A stretch of DNA of 64,000 bases, from positions 31,126,001 to 31,190,000 of the forward strand of contig CM052816.1 of assembly GCA_028534125.1 (NCBI GenBank), in the 5' to 3' direction. The first letter of the stretch is position 1, and every line of letters begins with the position of its first letter. The position numbers and the translations under genes are program-made. The stretch comes from Lama glama. Lineage: Eukaryota. This document shows positions 43,401 through 53,774 of this stretch, piece after piece. Below the pieces are notes generated by a model that was given only the letters and a program-made list of their open reading frames with translations, did no database searches and was not told the DNA's origin.

Positions 43401-46400
43401 CGAGAGATCAAGCAAGGATCCAAAGGATCATTAAGTAACTTACGTGCCTATCCAAAACAGGCCAGCATTTGTTAAGCAATATAACATACAGCACTCTGCA
43501 ACATAAAATTTAAAATGTCAGGCATTCAATTAAAAAATGAGAAAATACACAAATATTTGGAAACTAAATAGCACAGTTCTAAATAACTCATGAGTCAAAG
43601 AGGAAATCAAAAAGGAAATTAGAAAGTATTTTGAACTGAATGACAGTGAAAAAACAACATAACATCATTTGTGGCCTGTCACTAAAGCAGGAGTCAGTGG
43701 AAAATTTATAGCACTAAATGCCTATATTAGAGAAAAAAAAGATAAATTAATGACCTTGCACCCACCTTAAGAAGATAAAAAAAGAAAAGGAAATGAAGCC
43801 AAAGTAAAAAGAAAGGAAGTAATAAAGATTAATGCATAAAGCATTGAAATAAAAAACAGAATAACAATGGAGAAAATCTATGAAATGAAAAACTGGTTCT
43901 ACAAGAAGCTTAATAAAATAGATAAATCTCTAGGCAGATTTATCAAATTTATTGACTATCAGAAGTGGCAGAGATCTAGAAAGCCCCAATTTCTTATATA
44001 AAAGCTGAGGCTCTGGGAGTTTATGCAACTGATTAGACAACCAGTAAGTGACAGGAGTAGTACCAGAACCAGGGCTCCAGCTCTCAAAAGAGAGAAGACA
44101 CAAATGACTCATGAAAGAGGTGACATCACTACAGATTATACAGATATTAAAATAATACTAAAGGAATATTTGGAACAGCTGTACACTTATAAATTTGACA
44201 GCTTTGATTAAATGGACACATTCCTTGAAATACTTGAGCTACTAAAACCAGACAAAGACATTGCAAGAAAAAAACAAAACAAAAAGCCACAAGCTATATC
44301 TCTCATGAACATAGATACAAAAACTATAAACAAAATTTTAGTAAATTAAATAGAATAAAATATAAAAAGGATAATGCAAGACCCAGCAGGGTTTATCATG
44401 GGAAAGTTAGTTTAATATTAGAAAGTCAAGCAATGTAATTTACCATATTAACACATTAAAAAACAAAAACCATACGAAATCTCACTAGAGCAAATCTCCT
44501 ATAGAGGAACAAAATTAAAATCCCTAGACTTCTCTACAGAAATTATCCAAGGTATAAGGCAATGGAATAGCATTCTTGAACTGCCAAAATTAAAAACAAC
44601 AAATACCTGCCAATCTAGAATTCTATACTAGGCAAAAATATCTTTCAAAAATGAAGGAAAAATAAAAATTTTCAGATAGACAAAAGCTGAGAAAATTTAT
44701 CACCGTAGACCTGAACTTAAAGAAATATTAAAGTCTTTTAGGTAGAACCAAAATCATACAACATGGAAACTTGGATGTACACAAAAGAATGACGAGCCCT
44801 GGAGATGGTATGTATGTAAGTAAATAAAAGAGTGTTTTCTCTTGTAAAATTTTAAAGTAACTAATTGTTTAAAGGAAAAACAATAACAGTGTGGGGTTTA
44901 AAACCTATGTAAAAGTAAGATGTGTGGCAGCTATAGTGCAAAGAATAGGAAGGGAAAAATGGAAGGATACGGTTCTAAGATTTATACATTATCTGTGAAG
45001 TGGGTGAATATCATTTACCTGTAGTCTGTGATGAGTTAGAGATGCATATTGTAAACTGTAGAGCGATCTTCCTCCCCTGCTCCTCACCTCACCACACACA
45101 AAAAGATGTATCTAATTAGCCAAGATGATATTAAATGGAATATTAAAGATTATTCAATCCAAAAGAAAGAAAAATAGGATAATAACCAGATGAGACAATA
45201 GAGAACAAAGAGCAAGATGGTAGATATAAGTCCAATCAATCAATAACTACATGAAATGTAAATAGTCTAAAGGACAGAGATTGTCAGACTGTAAGACTCA
45301 ATACTATGTTTTGATAAGAAATTTACTTTTAATATCAACACATATAGGTTAAAAGTAAAAGGTTAGATAAAGATATATCATGTACATGGTAATCATAAGA
45401 AAGCTGGAACAGTAGATGGGGAGAAGGCCACTGGTTAAATGAATGGCCTGTGTAGGGCACATTCTCTCAAAAGTTCTATGAGCAAGTTAGGCAAGGGTTG
45501 GCATTTCTAATGCAGATCCGACCTTCAGAGTTTTCAAACAAAAGGAACACATTTTCTTCCCAGTAAACTTAAAAGATATCATTTGTTAAAAACAAGACAA
45601 CAGGCCCAAAATGGAATCATTTGTGCTGTGCCCCATGTCACCAAACTAAGACTTGATACTTAATTATAATTTCAGCCTCTGCCAGGAATGGAATCTTAAA
45701 CCAGTTGATCTGAAATTACCTAGTCAGAACTAGTGAGGCTATTTGCCTGACAGACCCCAGTTGTCCCTCAAAGAAAGGTGGCCTTACCATAAACAATCCC
45801 TTCTTTGCTAGCATAACTTCCTTGTCCCACCCTCTTCTGTGTATAAAAGTCTTTCAGTTTGTACAGCTCCTGGGAGCTCCTTTCTGTTTGCTAGGTGAGA
45901 TGCTGCCTGACTTATGAATCACTGAATGAAGCCAAATAACATCTTTAAAATTTACTCAGTTGAATTTTTTTTAGCATATTCTAAATCCTCTCAATCCATG
46001 TATGCCAATAAGAAAAGGAGTTGGCTCTAGTGCTGTAATGTTTTAAAATTGTTTTTCATGGAGTTAAATCCCATGCTTCTCACACCCATCTGTACCTTAC
46101 ATAAATCTTGTACCCAGTAAATGAAGAAGTGCATTTTTAAAAATTCTCATAACTAGTATTGGTTTAATATAACCCCAATGAAATGGCTTTCAAGGGTGTG
46201 TATTTATTAATTGGAATTAGTGGTTATGGACAAGGGTCTCAGGGAAGGCCAAGTCCATCTTCAAGAGATGTAAGTGGAGGGGGGAAGGTATAGCTCAGGG
46301 GTAGAGTGCATGCCTAGCATGCTTGAGGTCCTGGGTTCAAACCCCAGTACCACCGTTTAAAACAAATAAACAAACAAACCAACCTGATTATTTCCCACAC

Positions 46401-49400
46401 ACACACACAAAAAGCCACTTACTTACAAAAGAAAGATCATTAAAAAAAAAAAAGAGAGATATAAGTGGAATGTGGTCCCCTAATATTCTCAGTACTGCTG
46501 TAACTAATTTTACTCTCAGGAAGATATTTCAGAAAAGGCCTCCTTACATCTTTAAAATAGCCAAAGCCAACTTGTTAGCCATTCTGTAGTCCAAGGCCTT
46601 TTGAGTGACTTGTACTTACTAGGAAAGAAAAGAACAAGAGACATTTTTAACTTTAATTTTCCCAGTGCATCTATTATCAGATGACTAAGCAACCTTTAAC
46701 GAGCTGAGAAACTGGCCTTTAACAAAATTATTCTCTGCAATGGATTCCCAAGGTCAGAAGTAACTGGTATAAAATATAGCTTCATAGGACATTGTTTTAT
46801 GGCATCCTTGATAATAACTGTTTGGAAGCCTTGGATGAATCAGAATTGTTATAAGCGCGAGGCTTTTGTGTGGGAGTAAACATTTATTTTACATAGAGGG
46901 AATGAACTGTCAAAATTTACTCACCAGAACTCAGATGTGTAAAGCAAACTGTCCTATCTTTTTATATTCTGGAACCCATGTTCTTACTGATGTTAGAGGG
47001 AAAAGAATGCAAGCTTGCCAATTAGAGGTTACTCATTGCTATTGAGTTTAGAGCAGTCTTGTCATTCAACGTCCAAATTCCCTTTCGGGGCTCTTTTATT
47101 TCCTTAGGACATGAGAACTAAGAAGCTTTCTCTTACACCCAGATGCCAGATTGAAAAAGGGGAGAGAAGGAGGGACCTCTTGAAAGGAGAAGACTTCCTG
47201 GATTTGCCATACTGGTGTGACTGTGTTCTCTTGACTGGTATGACTTGTGAACCACTCCTTACAACAGTCTAGGCTCAGTAGTTCCCACTGATAGCACGGC
47301 CCTTCCCTGCGCTCACACGGCCAATCCTCTGAGCTTGGCCACAACCCCCTCTGGAACCATACCTTGGGCAACCACTCTGCAGCGTTCACTGCAACACAGT
47401 TACTTTGATCCCTGGCATGGTGGCCCCTCTCTAGCTCCCAAGTCAGTATCCTCAGCCCACGTGAAAACTTCTAGGTTCCTGGAGGCCTCAAATAGATCAT
47501 AAGGACTGCTCGCACTATCCCAGGCCCACTGGCCTAAGCCATTTCTACTCTATGAATTAGAAGTCACACTGGCTGCAGACCTTGCTGACTACAGAGAGAA
47601 GAACAGGGTCTTGCTCTGAGATCTTCCTCAGGCACTAATCTGGTAATTTTGCTGTGTGCTTCATTCTCCATTATGTTCTATCCAGTAAAAGGTAATGCCA
47701 GTGCTCTGCCCATATCATCTCAAATCTCTTTATAATTTTTCCTTTCTCACCCAACATTCAGCACCTGTGTCTTCTTGCAGAACTGCATTGCCTATACTCC
47801 TAGAGCAGACTGACTGGGGATTAACTGGCCCAAGGACCAGCCCATGATCAGTGACTTACAGATGTGGGGGTACCAATGTTCCTACTCCCTTGTTCCTGAT
47901 GGGGACGATTTTGAGGTGTGGCTCACACTCGCTCCTGAACTTACCTCTACAGGACTCTGACTGATCTCACACACCAGCTTGTCCTCCTTCTCTTCCCAGT
48001 AACATTTTCCCATTCTCTGGTTGTCTTTCATTTTTCCTGGGAACACTTCCTAAGGAATTACTTTCACAGAAAAATTTGTCTCAGGGTCACACCCTGTCAG
48101 AAGGAGGAGGGTGATAAGTAAAGACACTTGTCCTCTCCACCTGCCTGTCTCTCCCTCTTCCCAGCCCTCCTCCCCACACTGGAAGGGCTTTCTACTACTC
48201 TTCCTTATTACACAGCAACTGCTCTTATCAAAAAGTGAGGGGACACTAAGGGTTATTCAAAAATCACTCAATATAATACACTGCATTAACAGAATAAAGA
48301 AGACAAATCACATGATCACATCAATCAATGCATAAAAAAGTGTTTAACAAAATCAAATACTCATTCATGATTTTTTTAAAAAGGCCACTCAGAAATAATA
48401 TGAATAGAGGGGAACTTCCTCAACCTGATAAAGAACATATATGAAAAATCTACACATAAATCATACTTAATGGTGAAAGGTAAAAACTTTCTCCTTAATA
48501 GTAGGGAAAACAAATGTCCACTCTTACCATCCTAATTCAACACAGTGCTAGAAGCTTTAATCAGCAAGGTAAGGCAAAAAAGAAAATAAATGGCATATGG
48601 ATTGAAATGGTAGAAATAAAACTGACTCTATATGCAGATGACATGATGACTACTAGAAATTTCTAAGGAATCTATAAAAAAACCTCTTAGATGTAGCAAG
48701 TGAGATCACCAAGCCCTAGGATACAAGATAAACACACAAAACTCAGTATTTCTATGTAGTAGCAACAGACACATGAAAACTAAAATTAAAAATACAATGC
48801 CATTTACAATTGCTCAAATAGTGGGGAGGGTATAGCTCAAGTGGTAGAGCATGTACGAGGCATGCACGAGGTCCTGGGTTCAATCCCCAGCACCTCCATT
48901 AAAAAAAAAATACTAAATGAATAAATAGACTTAATGACCTTACCCTGAAAAAAATAAAATAAAATAAAACAATTGTTCAAATAAAATTAAATACTTGGGT
49001 ATAAATCTAACGAAACAGCTATAGGATTTATATACTGAAATGATACAGCACTGATGGAAGAAATCAAAGATCTAAATAAATGAACAGATATTCTGTGTTC
49101 ATGGATTGAAAGATTCAACATAGTAAAGAAAGGCAGAAAAATGGAAAACAAAAATAGAAATAAAGACAAGGGCAAAAAAATAGAAAACTGTAATAGATAT
49201 GGTATACATGAATCCAATTATATCCATACCAATATCAGAAATAAAAGAGGGGCTATCACTACAGACCCCATGGACAGTAGAAGGATAATACGGAATACTA
49301 TGAACTAATTTGTTCCCACAAATGTGATAATCTAGATGAAATGGACCAATTCCTTGAGAGATACAATCTGCCAAAACTCACATAAGAAGAAATAAATAAT

Positions 49401-52400
49401 CTGAAAAAGCCTGTAGCTACTAAAGACATTGAATCAATAATGAATAGCCTTTCAAAAGAAATCACCAGGCTCAGATGGGTTCACTGGTGAATTCTACCAA
49501 ACATTTAAGGAGGAAATTATACCAGTTCTCTTTCAGAGGACAGAAGTGGAGAGAATACTTCCTAACTCATAATTACCAATGACCAAGTGGGATTTTTCCC
49601 AGGTATACAAGACTGAACATTCAAAAATCAATCAATGTAATCCATCAAGTCAACTGTTTAGATAAGAAAAATCACATTTTTAAGTGTACAGTTGAGTAGC
49701 ATTAAGCACAATCACATTGTTGTACAACTTAAATTGCCAGAACTCTTTTCACCTTGCAAAACTAAAACTCTATACTCATTAAACAATAACTCCCCACTTT
49801 CCTAACCTATGAATTTGACTACTCTAGGTCCCTTATGTAACATCCTCAAGGTTCATCTACATAGTAGCATATATCAGAACTTCCTTTTTAAAGCTGAATA
49901 ATATTTTACTATATGTATTTACCACATTTTGTTCATCCATTCATCCACCAATAGATACTTGGGTTGCTTCCACCTTGTGGCTATTGTGAATAATGTTACT
50001 ACAAACATCAGTGCACTGATCGGGAATTTTTGAGTGTGTGCCCCAGGAAGCTGCATGTTTAATATGCTCCTTTGGTGATGCTGGTGCACATTAAAGTGTG
50101 AACCACCAGTCTAATGCAGGATTTCCCAAAGTATAGGTGGAGAAATATTTGGAATAGCCTTCAGACACACTATTACATGCATCAGACTCACCCATGGCAA
50201 AGTCAGTCCTTTTTTAATTTTACGAATCATTCTGTTTAGGTCAAGAAAGAGTATTAGTTTGGTGTTATTTATGTCAAATATCTAATTCTAATTTCCCTTT
50301 TTAACAAAGAAAAATCAGCCTTCAGATGGAAAGCCTTCTGATCCTTCAGCAGATAATAATAATAGGTAGAACTTGTTAACATTTTGTTCCCATTGTATTA
50401 GTCTGTGTCATTACTTTCTATTAATTTCAAGTGGTTTTCCATGTACAGTAATGGTGTAGAGTTGCTTTTCAACAAATCTACCTAATACTTTTATTTAAAT
50501 CAAGTAACTTCTTTTAGCAAATAATATGACCAGGGTTATGTGAACAGGGAAAATCTGAAAACAGTCATATGCCAGCGAATGAAGTTTGGGAAATACTGCT
50601 TAGAGGGACATTAATGTTTGGATCTTGCTCTCAACTTTCTACACATGGAATAAGCACATGTCCAAGGCATCCAGGAGATGGCTCCCATATGGCAGAAATG
50701 TGAAGTCACCTGTCAAGTGAAGAAAGGCTGAGAACAGGTGGAAAGCATCCCCAGCACACTCTGAAGCTAGATAATTGTAACCTAAACCTCAGAAGTGTGC
50801 AATAGTGATGCTGTTTGTGTTTTCTGGATTGATTTTCTTTCTCTTTTTCCTTTTGTGTTGAATAAAATTATTTAAAAACATGAAACTGAATTGTAATAAG
50901 GGGCCATCAAAGAACAGAGGTAAACGTTTCAACTGCTATAGCTAGAATTAGAGACACCCCAAGAAAAATGTGAAACAGTAGACAGTTTCTTCCCATCTGG
51001 GAACCTTCTTAGAATCGTATCTACCAGGAACACGGCAGGTTACATGTGCAGATAACAGGGCTGCTCCTAACCATTATACCCTGAGCTAATGAGGGTAGCT
51101 ACCACTGCACGGGTTATGTGCCAGTCACTCTGCTCTTGTCCGCATTTAATTCTCACAAGGCTCTAAAGGTTGTCTGTTCCATGAATGAGGCAACAAACTC
51201 AGAGAGGTAAAGAGACTGGCTCAAGTCACATGGCTCAAACTCAAGCCTGCTGGGTCTCCAAAATCTGCCTCACCACAAGTTACCATTTTGCTCAGGTTCT
51301 TTGTGACCCTGGCTTCAAGTTCAACTGCAGGTTTCTCTTCCACCTGATTTCAGCAGCAGAGACCTAGAAGAACAACTTCCAGGCAACAGCTCCTCTCAGA
51401 TGCCACAGCTCTGGAGCTCCACCTAGTTCTATGAACACCTGTAAGACTTTATTAAGATGTGTATTTCTTTGAATTTTAATGCTCTCAAAATAAGGTTTCT
51501 AGTTACCACTAGAGTGGTCAGCACAACAGAAAAATGGAAAGGGGCTTCTCTTTCCTGTGTTTGCTAGGGCAGTCTGTCTGGGCCATAGCCCCCTTAAGAA
51601 GGGAAGAATGAAGAGATGAAGATTTACTAACTGACAGCAGAAAACACTGTCAGCTAGGCGTGCAAAAAGCATCCTTTTTTTCCCCTCTGAAAAAATCTGG
51701 CACCTTGAACAACACGTACATTTTTTTTCAAAAGGTTTCCAGAGCCCATACGTCCAGTAACACTGTGATCCTCATGTGAAACTTTTCAAAATGCTTTCTC
51801 AAGCACTGATGCATTTTCGAAAGATAAATCAAGCATTTTGTCCTTAAAGACGAAAGTTACAGATTACACATCCACTTAGGCAGCTTATTAAACTTATTTT
51901 AAATCCCCGAAGTTTTGAAAATGGTGCAGGAGAAGATTTAGGGGGTAATTTAGTGGGTTTCTTTCCCTCAGAGAACATCTGAGAACATTTTCTCTAATAA
52001 TAAAGGGCAAAGTACATGCAGTTGTGTAAACCGCAAACGCTCCACTAGTGCGTGAGTGAAGCAGGAGCTCACAGTTGGAAAAAAGACCATTTCCCTGGCG
52101 CTTGCCGGAGGTCAGTAATGTAGACGCAGAGCCTGAAAAGAGGCAATTCTTGAGCTGGAAACATTCCGTGGGGGAGACACTATCGCAAACGACTGCAGAG
52201 AACACACGTACACTACGTGAGCTTGCAAATTCGGAGGGGAGTTCTCTTGCCATCGAGTTTACCATTTTTCCCCCGGGGGGGAATCCCCGAACTCTTGCAC
52301 ATTACTGTTCAGAGTGGGGAGGGGTGGGGTTGCCACTGCTCACCAGCAAAAAAAAGACAAAATTAAAAGGGGATTCCGAAAGTTGTGTAGAGCCTCAGTA

Positions 52401-53748
52401 AAAAGGAACAAATGATGAAACAAACAGCCCCGACGTGGGTCTATTTGTCGCAGGAGCAGCAGTTACGGGGAGCCCAGGAAAAAGAGGCAGAGCAGGAAAA
52501 GCGAAGAAGGGCGAGGAAGAGCGGAGCGGCAAGTGTGCTCTAGACCCGCCCTTCTCCAACTTTAACGCCGGTGAATCACCGGAGCTTCTGATCCCTTTGG
52601 TCAAGGGTGGGCGTCTAAGAGTCTGCATTTCTACCAAGTTCTCAGATTTTACAGCTATTACTGGCCCGCGGACCAAACTTTGAATAGCAAGGGACTGGCT
52701 CACTGCCCTGAGGAAATTCTGGGTTAGAGGACAAAGGGGTTTTCTGAAAAGGACGATAAACTTCTGGGGTAGCAGCGACCTTAAAAGAGGCCACGATAGA
52801 AACAAACTGGATGGATAGGTTTGAGAACTGGCCAGAGGAAGGACCACCATCTCGAATCCTAATCCGAGCAGTTTCTGGAGGGGAGGGGAGGAAAGAGGCT
52901 CTCGCCCTCTGGCTTTATCAGAAAATGTCGCGAGGGATGGGCTGGAGTTCTTTGGGCAGGGCAGGAGACACGCACCCAGGCAGCTGGACCAGCAGCTTGC
53001 GCTGGAGACACCGGGCGAAGGCCAAGGAGGCCGGGCCGGCCTGCCCTTACCTGCGCTCACCCTGGTCCGTATAGACGTTAAGGAATAGTCCTTCCCTGGT
53101 GTCCTGGAACACGGGGCCGGTGAAGCTGAGCTGCAACTCATAGCGGCTCCCGGGCTGCAGGGCCTCGCCGAGCTCCAACACCATGTACTGCATGTCCAAC
53201 GCGAACCACACCTCGTCCACGGGCACGCGGCCCACAGTGGGGTCTCTGGCGTCCGAGGACAGGGGACCTCGCACCTCGGCGCTCTCACAGTCCAGGAAGA
53301 GGCTGTGCAGGAGCAAACGTGAGGTGGCCGCCGTGCAGCGCACGGTGATGTTCACGCGGCCGGTGAAATGCAACGCGGGCGCCGAGAGCTCGTCTGGCCG
53401 CAGCTGGAGCCACAGCTCCAGCTCGTAGTGGAGCGGCACGAGCCAGGGTGGCAGGCGCAGCTGGTCCCAGGGCCCCGGGGGTCGCCAGTTGCGCGGGGTG
53501 GTCGCCACCTCCGGCTTCCGAGTGGGGCTGGGCTTCGGAGTCGTCGGCAGCTCCTCCTGCTTGGCCCGCGGGGAGGACGCAGCGTCCGGGATGCCGCGGT
53601 CGTAAAGCTCCGACGGCGGGACGCGCGCGCAGTGGCCGTACAGGGCGGCGAGCACGGCCAGCACCAGTATGAGCGCGGCAACCAGCCCCGCCAGCAGCAG
53701 GGCTACCACGCGGCTCACGTAGAAGCCGGAGTTGGAAGGGGGTCCCAT
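1359..53748 (-). CDS. LVRN: Laeverin / aminopeptidase Q gene span, coding exons 1-19; 3'-partial, final exon outside window
   Basis: 19 exons join in frame to 945 codons. N-terminus [15 protein letters not shown] anchor, xAMEN motif, HEIGH(X18)E zinc motif and catalytic Tyr in TYNKG. Closely resembles human LVRN as I recall it. Confidence 0.97.
4153..4354. mobile_element. MER3-like hAT-Charlie element
   Basis: GATAGAAATGTTCT...GGTAGCTACTGGCCACA..GAGCACTT...ACTGAGGAACCGAATTTTAAATTTTATTT. Confidence 0.7.
6243..6380 (-). CDS. LVRN: LVRN exon 18 (138 nt)
   Basis: gcag| [45 protein letters not shown] |gtaaga. Confidence 0.95.
6601..6768 (-). CDS. LVRN: LVRN exon 17 (168 nt)
   Basis: tcag| [55 protein letters not shown] |gtgatt. 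Confidence 0.95.
7204..7276 (+). mobile_element. Very short L1 3'-end insertion with TSD
   Basis: GTACACCAGAA...ACAACATTGTAAACTGA..TACTTCAAT plus poly(A); TSD GAATAAATAATC at 7192 and 7277. Confidence 0.8.
7585..7692 (-). CDS. LVRN: LVRN exon 16 (108 nt)
   Basis: caag| [35 protein letters not shown] |gtaaga. Confidence 0.95.
9624..9718 (-). CDS. LVRN: LVRN exon 15 (95 nt)
   Basis: atag| [31 protein letters not shown] |gtaagt. Confidence 0.94.
11144..11294 (-). CDS. LVRN: LVRN exon 14 (151 nt)
   Basis: acag| [50 protein letters not shown] |gtaatt. Confidence 0.95.
11640..12950. mobile_element. L2 LINE remnants
   Basis: Purine-rich L2-like tracts (GTCAGGGAAGGCCTTCTGGAGGAG; GATTTAGAAGTCACCAACATA); similar tracts at 570-1200 and 28300-28880. 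Confidence 0.6.
13790..14150 (-). mobile_element. Old L1M (L1MB-like) 3'UTR
   Basis: CATTTTTAGGTGTACAGTTCAGTGG...AACTCTGTACCCATTAAAC...AAGGTTCATCCATGTTG. Confidence 0.75.
14317..14372 (-). CDS. LVRN: LVRN exon 13 (56 nt)
   Basis: gcag| [18 protein letters not shown] |gtgagt. Confidence 0.93.
16455..16594 (-). CDS. LVRN: LVRN exon 12 (140 nt)
   Basis: gtag| [46 protein letters not shown] |gtgagg; contains the GYYRVNYD motif. Confidence 0.96.
16955..17031 (-). CDS. LVRN: LVRN exon 11 (77 nt)
   Basis: aaag| [25 protein letters not shown] |gtaagt. Confidence 0.94.
18600..18772 (-). CDS. LVRN: LVRN exon 10 (173 nt)
   Basis: acag| [57 protein letters not shown] |gtaggt. Confidence 0.95.
18973..19003. 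repeat. (TTCA)n microsatellite (L2 tail-derived)
   Basis: TTCATTCATTCATTCATTCACTCATTCATTC. Confidence 0.85.
19223..19288 (-). CDS. LVRN: LVRN exon 9 (66 nt)
   Basis: acag| [22 protein letters not shown] |gtaatt; follows a 94-nt intron. Confidence 0.95.
19383..19448 (-). CDS. LVRN: LVRN exon 8 (66 nt)
   Basis: ctag| [22 protein letters not shown] |gtgagt. Confidence 0.95.
19705..20139 (+). mobile_element. ERV1-like solo LTR
   Basis: About 435 bp, AATAAA at 20089, ends CAGTTGACA, flanked by CAAG/CAAG; the 5' TG is not preserved. Confidence 0.65.
20413..20556 (-). CDS. LVRN: LVRN exon 7 (144 nt): catalytic Tyr
   Basis: ttcag| [48 protein letters not shown] |gtaaag. Confidence 0.95.
20888..21095 (-). 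mobile_element. Cetartiodactyl-type L1 3' end
   Basis: TTATTGAAGTATAGTTGATTTACAGTGTT...GTACAGCATAG; same 3'UTR as the copies at 32.5 kb and 39.1 kb. Confidence 0.8.
22295..22570 (+). mobile_element. MIR SINE
   Basis: CTGTGAGACCTTGAATGACTTACTTAATGCTTCTGTGCCTCAGTTTCC core; further MIRs near 2660, 9870, 15420, 16030, 17950, 36580, 37300 and 51100. Confidence 0.7.
23465..23590 (+). mobile_element. L1 3'UTR fragment
   Basis: GCAGATACAAACTACTAT...AGCACAGGGAACTATA, similar to the 32.6 kb copy. Confidence 0.65.
24120..24238 (-). mobile_element. tRNA-derived SINE (Vic-1-like), degenerate
   Basis: Minus strand GGGGTGAGTATAGCTCAGTGG...GGGTTCAGTCC...A-rich tail (Pol III A/B boxes). Confidence 0.75.
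24278..24391 (-). CDS. LVRN: LVRN exon 6 (114 nt): third zinc ligand Glu
   Basis: aaag| [38 protein letters not shown] |gtaagt. Confidence 0.96.
25823..25977 (-). CDS. LVRN: LVRN exon 5 (155 nt): exopeptidase motif (RAMEN) and HEXXH
   Basis: ttag| [52 protein letters not shown] |gcatgt; GC donor is required for frame. Confidence 0.93.
26080..28100 (+). mobile_element. Old L1M ORF2 3' end and 3'UTR fragments
   Basis: Remnant translation [21 protein letters not shown]...[12 protein letters not shown] resembles the L1 ORF2 C-terminus; L1M-type 3'UTR follows. Confidence 0.8.
29857..29983 (-). CDS. LVRN: LVRN exon 4 (127 nt)
   Basis: ttag| [42 protein letters not shown] |gtgagg. Confidence 0.95.
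31364..31400 (+). repeat. G13 homopolymer and G-rich tract
   Basis: 13 consecutive G followed by CAGGCAGGGGAGGAGAGGCAGGG. Confidence 0.8.
32545..32853 (+). mobile_element. Cetartiodactyl-type L1 3' end
   Basis: CAGACTCACAGACATAGAAAACAAACTT...GTACACCAGAAATTAACATAACATTGTAAAT..CTTCAAT plus A tail. Confidence 0.85.
33459..33598 (-). CDS. LVRN: LVRN exon 3 (140 nt)
   Basis: gtag| [47 protein letters not shown] |gtgagt. Confidence 0.95.
33779..33915 (+). mobile_element. tRNA-derived SINE (Vic-1-like) with TSD
   Basis: GGGGAGGGTATAGCTCAGTGGTAGAG...GGATTCAATCCC; TSD ACCAT(G/A)TTAGGA at 33767 and 33916. Confidence 0.85.
34172..34560. mobile_element. MER103-like DNA transposon remnant
   Basis: CACAAACTCAGATGCCT...CCAGTGTTGTCAGATG...TTTCTATGAGAAATCTC. 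Confidence 0.5.
35243..35385 (-). CDS. LVRN: LVRN exon 2 (143 nt)
   Basis: ttcag| [47 protein letters not shown] |gtaagt; contains the M1 FPCFDEP motif. Confidence 0.96.
38690..41880 (+). mobile_element. Ancient LTR-like element (possibly MamGypLTR-like) interrupted by the inverted L1
   Basis: GGACTGGATATTCTAAATT...GTGACCATAG...TTACCTAAGA near 41700 resembles Gypsy-type mammalian LTRs; by-eye only. Confidence 0.35.
39108..40992 (-). mobile_element. 5'-truncated, 5'-inverted LINE-1 with 14-bp TSD
   Basis: 39108 to ~40097 is the L1 ORF2 C-terminus plus 3'UTR and poly(A) on minus; ~40098-40992 is upstream ORF2 on plus; CCTAATTCACTCTT at 39094 and 40993. Confidence 0.92.
42770..45410 (+). mobile_element. 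Fragmented old L1 (5' region, ORF2 and ORF1 pieces) with a MIR insertion near 43960-44085
   Basis: A-rich ORF2-like tracts (GAAATTAGAAAGTATTTTGAACTGAATGA) and an ORF1 3'-like tract (CTAGAATTCTATAC...TCTTTCAAAAATGAAGG). Confidence 0.7.
45584..45976 (+). mobile_element. ERV1-like solo LTR (MER34/MER39-like)
   Basis: TG...CA termini, TATAAAA at 45842, 4-bp flanks CATT/TATT. Confidence 0.7.
46279..46454 (+). mobile_element. tRNA-derived SINE (Vic-1-like) with TSD
   Basis: A box TAGCTCAGGGG, B box GGTTCAAACC, A-rich tail; TSD AGAGAT(G/A)TAAGTGGA at 46264 and 46455. Confidence 0.85.
47690..48095 (+). mobile_element. ERVL LTR16-like solo LTR
   Basis: GGGATTAAC...GATGGGGACGATTTTGAGGTGTG...CCTGGGAACACTTCCTAA...TGTCTCAGGGTC. 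Confidence 0.55.
48250..50020. mobile_element. L1 ORF2 RT-region fragments (+) followed by an L1MB-like 3' end (-)
   Basis: TATGCAGATGACATGAT (YADDM, RT motif) near 48630; minus-strand L1 3'UTR from ~49670. Confidence 0.75.
48821..48968 (+). mobile_element. tRNA-derived SINE (Vic-1-like) nested in an L1, with TSD
   Basis: A/B boxes and A tail; TSD ACAATTG(C/T)TCAAATA at 48806 and 48969; interrupts L1 ORF2-like sequence. Confidence 0.87.
50117..50598. mobile_element. Non-autonomous hAT-Charlie-like element with terminal inverted repeats
   Basis: CAGGATTTCCCAAAGT ... AGTTTGGGAAATACTG (14/16 inverted match). Confidence 0.55.
52545..52692. mobile_element. MER5A-like remnant
   Basis: CTGCATTTCTACCAAGTTCTCAG...GGACCAAACTTTGAATAGCAAG. 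Confidence 0.55.
53051..53748 (-). CDS. LVRN: LVRN exon 1 CDS (698 nt): cytoplasmic tail, TM helix, Pro/Thr-rich stalk, start of domain I
   Basis: Strong Kozak [45 protein letters not shown]...[14 protein letters not shown]...YTDQGER; donor AG|GTAAGG. Confidence 0.97.
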
Positions 53749-53774
53749 GCCCGCGGCCCTTGGCGAGAGCCGGA

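Noticed and set aside
1359..53748. Possibility that LVRN is a pseudogene (non-GT donor, non-Gly motif)
   Set aside because: All 19 exons are open and phase-compatible, zinc ligands and catalytic Tyr are intact, and GC-AG is a valid intron class.
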